A model generated the notes under the pieces. The model was not told the origin of the DNA. It was given only the letters and a program-made list of their open reading frames with translations, and made no database searches. A stretch of DNA of 64,000 bases from a virus. A program made the position numbers and the translations under genes. This document shows positions 56,244 through 64,000 of the stretch, piece after piece. Location: IMG/VR virus record IMGVR_UViG_3300022925_000006. One strand, written 5' to 3'. The number at the start of each line of letters is the position of its first letter. Position 1 is the first letter of the stretch.

Positions 56244-57001
56244 TGAAGATTGCATTGTGTCTATCGGGTAGATGGAATGAGTTTTGTGATTCAAAGTGGG
56301 TAGAACGTTCGAGGGAAATTCTTCCTCACGATAAGATGTTCACTGGTTTATGGAATGGTCAAAGTGCGGTGGATACCACCGTAGATTTCTATTTTGATGA
56401 ACCCGAAAACAAATATCATCCTGTATTTGATACTGAAGCCTATCCTGATGATGCGTCTCGTTTAAGACGGGATATCTTTCCTAAACTACTTAAAAATGCC
56501 GAAGAGGGAGACACTAGTCATAGTCAGTTGAAACACGCACATGCATCTGCGAACTGGCACAAACAGATTCTCATACACAATGAGATGATGAAGTCAGTAC
56601 CACAAGAATACGATATGATTATTCGTACACGATTTGATGTAATAGTATCTGACCAATTACCTTGGGATGATATTATCAAAGATGCATACGAAAGAATAAT
56701 TCCGAAAGGATTCAATTGTATGAACTACTATGGCACTCATGACTTCAATAAACTTAAAGGTATGAGTAAGGAGACTACTTACTATATCAATGATGCGTTG
56801 ATAATCCATCCAAGAGAGTGTTGGGATACGGACTTAGTGGATTCTCTATATAAGGATAAGAAGTTAAAAAGTGCAGAAGAGGGATGGTATCAAATACTAT
56901 CCGAACCCTTTGGATTTTATCATGAGAGTTATCATGGTGGATGTTACCTATCAGAGAGATGGGAGTATGTGAGAGATGTTGATGAAAGCCTTCATAATTA
57001 G
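56243..57001 (+). CDS. Glycosyltransferase-like hypothetical protein
   Basis: MKIALCLSG..R/W; YD.IIR.RFD pattern. Confidence 0.55.
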   Translation: MKIALCLSGRWNEFCDSKWVERSREILPHDKMFTGLWNGQSAVDTTVDFYFDEPENKYHPVFDTEAYPDDASRLRRDIFPKLLKNAEEGDTSHSQLKHAHASANWHKQILIHNEMMKSVPQEYDMIIRTRFDVIVSDQLPWDDIIKDAYERIIPKGFNCMNYYGTHDFNKLKGMSKETTYYINDALIIHPRECWDTDLVDSLYKDKKLKSAEEGWYQILSEPFGFYHESYHGGCYLSERWEYVRDVDESLHN

Positions 57002-57695
57002 TATGATAAACAACCATGAGTCCACAGTTGCGACTCGTATGGTTATTGAATCTATTAAGAAAACTAAAAGTAAATTAGAACCAATTATTCTACCCGCAAC
57101 TACGCCTATGACAATAGGTGACGGAATGGAGTCTTTGGAGATGTCTGGTATAGCTTGGACATATCCTTTGGACGAACACCAAGACGGTCTTGATATGAAA
57201 ACAGGCCTGCGTCTTACTCATTACAAAACTGCGAACCATCCAAATCGAGTTGCGTGTATGATATCTCATATGAGATGTTGGCAGAAAGCAATCGACCTTG
57301 ATGAGACCATTGTTGTACTGGAACATGATGCACTGTTTGCCAGACAATTAAAACCTAATGACTTGACAGAAGAGTGGAAAGGTGGTATAATAGGGCTTAA
57401 TGACCCAAGAGGTGCAACTAGAAGGTCTCAAGAGTTTCATAGAAAAGTATCATCATTCGTTGGCCTACAACCAGTTCCTAGTGTAGATGACTGGGACGTA
57501 CCCCAAGGTCTTGCGGGTAATTCCGCATATATGATATCACCCAAGGGTGCTAAGAAACTACTAGATAAGGTGAAAGATATCGGAATGTGGCCTAATGATG
57601 CATTGATGTGTAAACAGATGTTTCCGTGGTTACAGGTTGTGTATCCTTATTATACAACTATACAGAGGGGGTTGAAGTCAACCACAACACAATGA
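56982..57695 (+). CDS. GT25-like glycosyltransferase
   Basis: MKAFII, AC.ISH..CW, VLEHDA, AYMISP.GAKKL. Confidence 0.8.
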   Translation: MKAFIISMINNHESTVATRMVIESIKKTKSKLEPIILPATTPMTIGDGMESLEMSGIAWTYPLDEHQDGLDMKTGLRLTHYKTANHPNRVACMISHMRCWQKAIDLDETIVVLEHDALFARQLKPNDLTEEWKGGIIGLNDPRGATRRSQEFHRKVSSFVGLQPVPSVDDWDVPQGLAGNSAYMISPKGAKKLLDKVKDIGMWPNDALMCKQMFPWLQVVYPYYTTIQRGLKSTTTQ

Positions 57696-58339
57696 AAGCA
57701 TTTGTAATTACAATTAAAGACAATCCACAATCATTAAAGGTTGCGGAACGTTGTATCGAATCTGGATGGAGACATGAACTTCAAATTAAAATGTTTGATG
57801 CCATTACTCCTAAAGATAATCCTGTAGAACTATTAAAGACAAGGGGTATTGACCCCGTACAATTTGATGAGAAGTATTCTCGTAACTTGAATTGTATTTC
57901 GGCATTCCTATCACACTACGCATTGTGGGAAGCCTGTTCCAAGGGTAACGAGAACTTTGTTATCTTTGAACATGATGCCGTGATGGTGGCACCACTACCA
58001 TTTGTGTTTCCTAACTATGTGATGAATATGGGAAAACCATCTTACGGTAAGTGGAACACTCCACCAATGTTAGGGATTAATCCGTTAACAACTAAACGAT
58101 ATTTTCCTGGCGCTCATGCGTACATGGTGACTCCAGCTGGTGCAAGACTATTGGTGGAGAATGCGCCACTGTATGCAAAACCAACTGACGTTTATTTAAA
58201 TCTGACCACATTCCCTTGGTTACAAGAGTGTTATCCTTTCGTTGCAGAAGCTAGAGATACTTTCACGACTATTCAAGTTGAAGAAGGTTGTAAAGCAAAA
58301 CATAATTGGAAAGAAGGATATGAAATCATCGATGCGTGA
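57692..58339 (+). CDS. GT25-like glycosyltransferase
   Basis: MKAFVI, FDAITP, FLSHY.LW, FEHDA, GAHAY.VTP.GA. Confidence 0.8.
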   Translation: MKAFVITIKDNPQSLKVAERCIESGWRHELQIKMFDAITPKDNPVELLKTRGIDPVQFDEKYSRNLNCISAFLSHYALWEACSKGNENFVIFEHDAVMVAPLPFVFPNYVMNMGKPSYGKWNTPPMLGINPLTTKRYFPGAHAYMVTPAGARLLVENAPLYAKPTDVYLNLTTFPWLQECYPFVAEARDTFTTIQVEEGCKAKHNWKEGYEIIDA

Positions 58340-58997
58340 AGTATTTTTAACAGGGTGTGACGTAAACACCGAATGGCAATTGCCGTGGTTTATTAAGAAG
58401 TATAGAGAACACAATACGACTCCAATTATTTGTGCTGACTTTGGTATGAGCAAGGACGGTCGTAAACTTGCAGAAGAACACTTTGATTTGGTTATTGGTA
58501 TCATGAGTGAAGCACAAGGGTGGTTCAAGAAACCTCGTGCAATTCTGGACGCAACCAAACTAGATGATGTTGAAAAGGTTTGTTGGTTGGACACTGATTG
58601 TGAAGTTACCGATGACATCTCAACTATTTTTGATTTGACCGAAAAGGGTAAACTGGGTATGGTCAAAGACAGGCCTTGGTCTACTCGTAGAGATGAACTT
58701 GGAGAATGGTATAACTCTGGTGTAGTCGCAGTAGAAGGAACGCCTAATATCCTACGTGCGTGGGCAGACGAATGTATTCGCAATCCTGTACAGGGTGACC
58801 AAGAGGTTTTATATCTTATGATGGGTGGTGATGCCCTCAAGAAGTTATCATGCATTCAACCTATACCACACTCATATAACACTTTAAGATTAGACTACAT
58901 AGATAACATACAAGTAAAGAATCCAAAGATTATCCATCACACGGGTAAGAAGGGTAATGAAGTAATAAGGAGTCAAATGAATGAATTATCTAATTGA
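58332..58997 (+). CDS. GT8-like glycosyltransferase
   Basis: WF.KP, WLDTD, YNSGV, GDQE.L, IIHHTG. Confidence 0.78.
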   Translation: MREVFLTGCDVNTEWQLPWFIKKYREHNTTPIICADFGMSKDGRKLAEEHFDLVIGIMSEAQGWFKKPRAILDATKLDDVEKVCWLDTDCEVTDDISTIFDLTEKGKLGMVKDRPWSTRRDELGEWYNSGVVAVEGTPNILRAWADECIRNPVQGDQEVLYLMMGGDALKKLSCIQPIPHSYNTLRLDYIDNIQVKNPKIIHHTGKKGNEVIRSQMNELSN

Positions 58998-59196
58998 AGC
59001 ATTGGTTAAAAAACTAGAAGGTGAGATTGCGGTTGCACAAGCAAACATTACGGTGTACCAAAAGAATCCTGCTGGTATCGGAGAACACTCTGATATCGTA
59101 GAAGCGATTGAAGTGCAAATCGGTAAGATTGCAGAAGCAGAAGATAAACTCAATGTTTGTCTTGAACATTTTGGATTTGGAAAAAGGAATGCATGA
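58981..59196 (+). CDS. Small conserved phage protein
   Basis: G.I..A.ANI.VY..NP.GIGEHSDI. Confidence 0.7.
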   Translation: MNYLIEALVKKLEGEIAVAQANITVYQKNPAGIGEHSDIVEAIEVQIGKIAEAEDKLNVCLEHFGFGKRNA

Positions 59197-59596
59197 ATAC
59201 AGAACAAAAGTAGTACGTGTCGTTGATGGTGATACCGTTGACGTTGACATCGATTTAGGTTTTGGTGTCTGGTTAAGAAAAGAACGTATTCGCTTACTTG
59301 GTATCGACACCCCCGAATCACGAACACGTGATAAAGTTGAAAAGAAATATGGATTGGCTGCAAAAGCATTCCTCAAGAAAGCTTTAGGAACAACCCCTAT
59401 TCTTAAAACAACAAAGGATGGTAAGGGTAAGTTCGGACGTATCCTTGGTACATTTGTTGTTGAATATGACGATGGTAGTCGGATTGATATCAATCAATAT
59501 TTGGTTGACAATTACCATGCAGTAGAGTATAATGGACAATCTAAAGAAATTATTAAAGACCAACATTTGGCAAATAGAGAATTAGTACAACTATGA
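59189..59596 (+). CDS. Thermonuclease (SNase-like)
   Basis: VVDGDTVD, RLLGIDTPE, GKFGRILG. Confidence 0.9.
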   Translation: MHEYRTKVVRVVDGDTVDVDIDLGFGVWLRKERIRLLGIDTPESRTRDKVEKKYGLAAKAFLKKALGTTPILKTTKDGKGKFGRILGTFVVEYDDGSRIDINQYLVDNYHAVEYNGQSKEIIKDQHLANRELVQL

Positions 59597-59847
59597 AAGT
59601 ATTACACAACAACGTCCTAGTGACACAAGCAGAAGTTGAAGAGAAAACCGCAGGTGGTATTATCCTATCGGGTGATGTCACGTCTGGTAATAAGCCAGCA
59701 ATCGTTATCGCAGTTGGTGATACGGTTGAGGATATCAAACCCAAGAACAAAGTATTTCTTGACTGGAGTAAATCCATGCCAGTAGAGATTGATGGTTTGA
59801 AGTGTGCGGTAATAAACCAATTAGATATTAAGTTGATTGTAGAGTAA
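59593..59847 (+). CDS. groES: GroES-like co-chaperonin
   Basis: MKVLHNNVLV...EEKTAGGIIL mobile loop; VIAVG. Confidence 0.85.
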   Translation: MKVLHNNVLVTQAEVEEKTAGGIILSGDVTSGNKPAIVIAVGDTVEDIKPKNKVFLDWSKSMPVEIDGLKCAVINQLDIKLIVE

Positions 59848-59850
59848 AAC

Positions 59851-60477
59851 ATGAGAGTTAATGTTCTAGGTAATGGTGACCATGCGGGAATCTTTAAGAG
59901 AGGAACGCCAGGCAAATTGTTGATTTGCAATATGCCCCCATTTGAAATTCCTCGTAGTGAAGTACACGCAACTTGTATGGTTGACTTCAAGATGATGAAG
60001 GCACTTCAAGAGGGTCGCATCAAACTGGACATGTATGATTGGGTATTGGGTCAAAGACCTAAAATCTGGATGGAACAGTCTGGAACATTCTATATGAAAT
60101 ACTCACATCTTATCAAGGGATTCTATACTCATATTCCCCCATATGCGGCAGGAAAGGGTGACCCCAAGATGGCTGCAACTAACTTCAATTGTGGCCACAT
60201 GGCAGTCCATTATGCATGTGCAAAGATGAGGGCTACCGAGGTTCACATCTATGGGTTTGATAGTATTTTTGATATGAACCTAGAGAGTTTCACTGACCTA
60301 CTTCTAGAGTCAGACCGCAGTACTGGTAACACTGTTAGACTCGCAAACAACTGGAGACCCATATGGACTAATATGTTTAAGGAGTTTCCTAATGTTGAGT
60401 TTAATCTATACCACTCTCATAATAACATCAAGATTCCTATTGGTGACAATGTAAAGATTCGTGCAAAAAGAACTTGA
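59851..60477 (+). CDS. Hypothetical (MAF/sialyltransferase-like Rossmann pattern)
   Basis: VLGNG.., CN, N.GHMA..YA, HIYGFD. Confidence 0.5.
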   Translation: MRVNVLGNGDHAGIFKRGTPGKLLICNMPPFEIPRSEVHATCMVDFKMMKALQEGRIKLDMYDWVLGQRPKIWMEQSGTFYMKYSHLIKGFYTHIPPYAAGKGDPKMAATNFNCGHMAVHYACAKMRATEVHIYGFDSIFDMNLESFTDLLLESDRSTGNTVRLANNWRPIWTNMFKEFPNVEFNLYHSHNNIKIPIGDNVKIRAKRT

Positions 60478-60502
60478 CAATTTATATCAAGACTGATATA
60501 AT
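60474..60502 (+). promoter_or_regulatory. sigma70-type promoter for the tRNAs
   Basis: TTGACA-17-TATAAT with TG extension. Confidence 0.8.
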
Positions 60503-60521
60503 TATTAAATGATTGGGAATA

Positions 60522-60597
60522 CGACTTATGGTGAAACTGGATATCATACGAGTCTTCTAAACTTGGGTTCAAGGTTCGAGTCCTTGTAGGTCGGCCA
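60522..60597 (+). tRNA. tRNA-Arg(UCU)
   Basis: Acceptor CGACTTA/TAGGTCG; anticodon arm CGAGT-CTTCTAA-ACTTG; T arm CAAGG-TTCGAGT-CCTTG; encoded CCA. Confidence 0.92.
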
Positions 60598-60607
60598 ATC
60601 AATCACT

Positions 60608-60682
60608 GCCTCCGTAGTTTAACGGATAAAACGATGCGCTACGAACGCATAACTCGTGGTTCGATTCCATGCGGGGGCGCCA
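60608..60682 (+). tRNA. tRNA-Arg(ACG)
   Basis: Acceptor GCCTCCG/CGGGGGC; anticodon arm ATGCG-CTACGAA-CGCAT; GGTTCGATTCC; encoded CCA. Confidence 0.93.
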
Positions 60683-60685
60683 AAC

Positions 60686-61366
60686 TTAGGTTCTTTTCTT
60701 CTTTTCTCTTTCTTTCTTAATCCAAGATTTTGCTTTGGCATTCTCTGGTTCTTTATCTAAGAACTTCCGAACATCTTTGTATGCACGGAGAGTCTCTTTC
60801 TGGTAATCCTTACCTTCAGAGTTATCAACAATTAACATATTCTTTTTACCAAAGAAAGTCTGGAATGCACCAATGTTCTTTTGAACAGTCTTCCAGTAGT
60901 TTGTAACTTCCTTCTCACCAATAGTACGGTCACGTGCTTTATCACGTGCAATTGCAGTATCAAGGTCAGTGTTAACAAATATCATTGCGATATCATAACC
61001 CAAGTCTTTCATTGCCTTTGCTTGTTTCTTGACCTTATCAAAGTCTTTACCTGTACCATCAACCACAACACCAAGTCTACCCATAAGGTATAGTGCTTGT
61101 TTTTTACCTGTGAGCGCTTTTGCACGACCACGGATATCTTGACCTTGAACTGAGAAGATATTTTCAGGAGACATTTCCAGTCCTGCTTTCTTCATTGCAA
61201 CTTCATAGGCATCGTCTGAGTTTATAACTTTCAAACCAAGTGCGGGAAGACCAGTCTTACCTACGATGAATGATTTACCAGACCCAGGCCCACCAGCAAG
61301 GAACACTGCTTTGAAAATAGCGGGGTCATCAACACCCTCTGTTATAAACTTTTTAAACTTAATCAT
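60686..61366 (-). CDS. Zeta-toxin/Pnk-like P-loop kinase with a CTS-like N-terminus
   Basis: LAGGPGSGKS, INSDD, VVDGTG, A.AR..AR.R lid; MIKFKKFITE. Confidence 0.75.
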   Translation of the reverse strand: MIKFKKFITEGVDDPAIFKAVFLAGGPGSGKSFIVGKTGLPALGLKVINSDDAYEVAMKKAGLEMSPENIFSVQGQDIRGRAKALTGKKQALYLMGRLGVVVDGTGKDFDKVKKQAKAMKDLGYDIAMIFVNTDLDTAIARDKARDRTIGEKEVTNYWKTVQKNIGAFQTFFGKKNMLIVDNSEGKDYQKETLRAYKDVRKFLDKEPENAKAKSWIKKEREKKKRT

Positions 61367-62214
61367 TAGTATACCTTGAATTCTTTTCTGATTACTTCGG
61401 ACAGTCTTTGTAGGATAACGTCTAGGTTACCTATAGACTCTTCGTTTTCTTGTAAATGCGACATAGTATGTATGGTATTATTTATATGTTCTGATATCTC
61501 AGACATATCTTTTGTGTCACCCGTAATTCTGAGTTGAGTTGCAGGTAAAGGTGTACCGTCAATGACTGATTGGGCTAGGTCTCCACCATCATGACGAGTT
61601 TCGTACAAGTCGATTAGGTCAAACCCGATTGTACAAACTGGAGAGAAATCCGTCTTTATATCGTTTGCTTCAAAAGTCTCGTCCGAATTCATCGGAATGC
61701 CTGCTAAGAAGACTGCGTCAAATTTTATGTCATCTGGAACGTCAACCATATAGGTACTATCTCCCATGACATATGGTTTGTTCGCAGCAATTCGATTTAC
61801 ATTGAAATGTCTCATTAAACTTCGTGCGAAACTTTGATGTGTTTCTGAATATGCGACATATACGTTGGTCGATACCGAAAAGTGTTTATTAATTATAGGC
61901 CAAATATTACTCTGTACGTTAGGCATAATTCTATCAACAGTATTGTCCCATAGACTTGGGTAGTTACTGTCTCTAAACGAAGGCACTACCAAAACATTAT
62001 TGTATCTTAATCGCACAATAATATTGTTTATAATAATAGACCACATTATCATCGCATTGATACTGTCTTGTTCTACAGTATAATCATAGGTGGGGTCAGA
62101 TGCCATGAAATCTTGTATCTTTTTCCATAGACTTCCATAACTATTTTCGTCAAGTAACAATGCTCTTGTTTTACTATCGGTCTTTTCGATGAAGACATCG
62201 TATAAATTATTCAT
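61366..62214 (-). CDS. Hypothetical protein; paralog of 62214-63008
   Basis: Shared NVLVV.SF.DS.Y, KFD.V.L.G, FDLID.Y and KVY end. Confidence 0.7.
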   Translation of the reverse strand: MNNLYDVFIEKTDSKTRALLLDENSYGSLWKKIQDFMASDPTYDYTVEQDSINAMIMWSIIINNIIVRLRYNNVLVVPSFRDSNYPSLWDNTVDRIMPNVQSNIWPIINKHFSVSTNVYVAYSETHQSFARSLMRHFNVNRIAANKPYVMGDSTYMVDVPDDIKFDAVFLAGIPMNSDETFEANDIKTDFSPVCTIGFDLIDLYETRHDGGDLAQSVIDGTPLPATQLRITGDTKDMSEISEHINNTIHTMSHLQENEESIGNLDVILQRLSEVIRKEFKVY

Positions 62215-63008
62215 TAGTACACCTTATAATATTCATTCACGTTTTCGAGATTCAATGCAAGTCTATAAAACAATAGTTGTTGTCTCAGGTTTTTCATATA
62301 ACCAGCACTAGTTACAAGACGAGTTGTTTTATCATAAACTTTTGTTGGAGTGTTTACACACTCAATGACTCTTTCTATGTGGTCTTCTAAATTGTCTGCA
62401 CCACCCTTGAGGTCTCTTAAATCGTTACGATATATATCAATTAGGTCAAAAGTAGATGTACAATATCTTGCGAATTTCTTTTTAACATCCGAAGCTTTGA
62501 AACTACCTTTCTTGAATGATTCTGAACCAAGAAGAACTACTACATCAAATTTCTCGTCAGTCTTAATTTTAAAATCACCATCAACTCTGAAATGACCATC
62601 AACATCTATGGTATCAACTCCAAACTTCTCATAGATTGGTTTGAAGAAATTAGTACCACCTTTGGTTGAAGTGACCGTCATCTTACCGTCACTTTCGTTA
62701 AACTTATGAACAATAGGTAAGAAATGGTCACCCGCACTTTTAACCGCTCTGTAGTTACGGTCTCTCAATCGGTCATACACCGAGTCTTCGAATGAAGTCA
62801 CCACAAGGATGTTACTGTATCCACCGCAACACAATAGTGCATCAACGATACTTGCGTCAGTGATAAGTGTTGTGAAGTCAGTTACAGTTATACGCTTATT
62901 GTTAAAACGATTAAAGTCGCCCAACATACTTATCAATCTTTCTTTCGCATCAAGATTAATGATGTTACTTTGCTTGCCATTCTTGGGTTGAGTGCGGTAT
63001 AATAACAT
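62214..63008 (-). CDS. Hypothetical protein; paralog of 61366-62214
   Basis: Same shared motifs; TAATG coupling. Confidence 0.7.
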   Translation of the reverse strand: MLLYRTQPKNGKQSNIINLDAKERLISMLGDFNRFNNKRITVTDFTTLITDASIVDALLCCGGYSNILVVTSFEDSVYDRLRDRNYRAVKSAGDHFLPIVHKFNESDGKMTVTSTKGGTNFFKPIYEKFGVDTIDVDGHFRVDGDFKIKTDEKFDVVVLLGSESFKKGSFKASDVKKKFARYCTSTFDLIDIYRNDLRDLKGGADNLEDHIERVIECVNTPTKVYDKTTRLVTSAGYMKNLRQQLLFYRLALNLENVNEYYKVY

Positions 63009-63277
63009 TACTTTGTACCCTGATAAATTGTCTGTATATGGTCTTCAAACTGTTCAATCTTCTCAAGACGGTTAGGCCACAAGATATATTCCTTTTCGGG
63101 GTTTTGTTTGAGATTGTTCAATAGGGGTTGAACCGCATTGTACAGTTTGTCCAGTTTATCTTGGGTTTCGGACACAGAAGTAGACACGTTGGCGACTTGG
63201 GACTGTGCTTGTTGCACTGCCTCCAGTTCGTTCTCGTCTACAAGGGTAAACCCAAAATCGAATAGTTCGTTACTCAT
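63008..63277 (-). CDS. Conserved T4-like late protein
   Basis: FDFGFT.VDE.EL...PLL.NL..NPEKEYI.WPNR. Confidence 0.75.
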   Translation of the reverse strand: MSNELFDFGFTLVDENELEAVQQAQSQVANVSTSVSETQDKLDKLYNAVQPLLNNLKQNPEKEYILWPNRLEKIEQFEDHIQTIYQGTK

Positions 63278-63282
63278 AGTTC

Positions 63283-63290
63283 TATTTATA
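63283..63290 (-). promoter_or_regulatory. T4-type late promoter of the minus-strand operon
   Basis: TATAAATA-gaact-ATG on the - strand. Confidence 0.8.
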
Positions 63291-63312
63291 CCTCATTTAA
63301 ATTAAATAACGC

Positions 63313-63341
63313 TTGACAAAGCATGTTTATTCATGTATAGT
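63313..63341 (+). promoter_or_regulatory. sigma70-type promoter
   Basis: TTGACA-17-TATAGT. Confidence 0.7.
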
Positions 63342-63360
63342 GTATTTATATAGTAAGGAG

Positions 63361-63663
63361 ATGAAGATGCAAACCTTTCACGGTTCAATGAAGTATGATA
63401 TTCATGGTCGCAAACGTAAGACCAATGCATGGAAAAAGACCCCCAAACATAACCCCGAATTTAAACCTCTTGAAAGTTACTCTATAGGTAATGGTGAAGA
63501 CCATCGTAAGAAGTACCCGTCAGCTAGTGAAATGGGCTATGTCCCACAAAAAGACAACTCTTACAAACTAGAAGAGTCCAAGAAGTTTACTGTCGCACCC
63601 GCATACAATAAAGGTGCATACCAAGTCATCCCCCGTGGTGATGTTAAACATATAGGAAAATGA
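63361..63663 (+). CDS. Conserved phage protein
   Basis: TAAGGAG SD; APAYNKGAYQV motif. Confidence 0.7.
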   Translation: MKMQTFHGSMKYDIHGRKRKTNAWKKTPKHNPEFKPLESYSIGNGEDHRKKYPSASEMGYVPQKDNSYKLEESKKFTVAPAYNKGAYQVIPRGDVKHIGK

Positions 63664-63839
63664 TTATGGAAACTCCCTTATTAAACCCCGATACTCGCAC
63701 TAAATTTGAGGTGTTTGCTCGTGATATGTTTCTAGAAAATTGTTCAGAACGTGATACGTTCAAAGAACCATTGTTGACATATGACGAATATGTCGAAAAA
63801 AACATGAAGTTTTTGCTTGACAAATTCAGAGAACTCTGA
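63660..63839 (+). CDS. Small protein (59 aa, not in the ORF track)
   Basis: ATGA overlap; AGGA SD. Confidence 0.55.
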   Translation: MIMETPLLNPDTRTKFEVFARDMFLENCSERDTFKEPLLTYDEYVEKNMKFLLDKFREL

Positions 63840-63870
63840 TATAATACTTGTATTGATAATGAGAAAGAGG
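63817..63870 (+). promoter_or_regulatory. Early promoter cassette, family C
   Basis: TTGACA-17-TATAAT-ACTTGTATTGATAATGAGAA. Confidence 0.8.
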
Positions 63871-63877
63871 TGTATGT

Positions 63878-64000
63878 ATGATTACTTTTGCAACACAAGA
63901 ACGGATTGACGTTCTAAAAGAAAAATTTGATGAGTTGACCGAAGGTATGGATAATTGGAAGATGCCTATTGATACGGTAGTTCCAATCCGTGAACTGGAT
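63878..64000 (+). CDS. Early protein, truncated by the window end
   Basis: GAGGTG SD; frame open to base 64000. Confidence 0.6.
   Translation, partial: MITFATQERIDVLKEKFDELTEGMDNWKMPIDTVVPIRELD

Noticed and set aside
60686-61366. Epsilon-zeta toxin-antitoxin module
   Set aside because: No small antitoxin gene is adjacent, and the context is a late operon with a CTS-like leader.
1-64000. Alternative genetic code (stop-codon reassignment), seen in some large phages
   Set aside because: Standard-code ORFs tile the window densely, TAA, TAG and TGA all end recognisable genes, and no suppressor tRNA was found.

Overview
A 64 kb segment of a large lytic T4-like (Caudoviricetes myovirus-type) phage genome, probably aquatic or marine, and probably infecting a Gram-negative proteobacterium (the host is inferred). 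It is gene-dense and almost entirely + strand. Recognisable core genes are uvsX, gp41 helicase, thyX, nrdA (with a fused glutaredoxin), nrdB, phoH, an exonuclease, a GroES-like co-chaperonin, an M15 endolysin and two tRNA-Arg genes. Two promoter classes are visible: repeated sigma70-type early cassettes, and T4-type late TATAAATA boxes, several of which sit exactly 5 nt before an ATG, implying leaderless mRNAs. Four accessory systems stand out. (1) A translation module: ribosomal protein bS21 followed by an ArfA-like peptide whose reading frame is cut by an intrinsic terminator before its stop codon, as in non-stop-mRNA-regulated ribosome rescue factors. (2) A late 7-gene trans-envelope operon: two paralogous membrane proteins, CsgF, CsgG, a curlin-like protein, a FecR-domain protein and a CHASE2 adenylate cyclase. 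(3) A block of late proteins with T4-internal-protein-like N-terminal capsid-targeting sequences, including ligase-like, nuclease-like, nucleotidyltransferase and kinase enzymes that may be injected with the DNA. (4) Metabolic and modification genes: a desaturase, adenylation-like paralogs, an asparagine-synthetase-like protein, panD, and an ~18 kb island of glycosyl-, sulfo-, methyl- and carbamoyl-transferases. All family assignments come from motif recognition by eye; no database searches were run.
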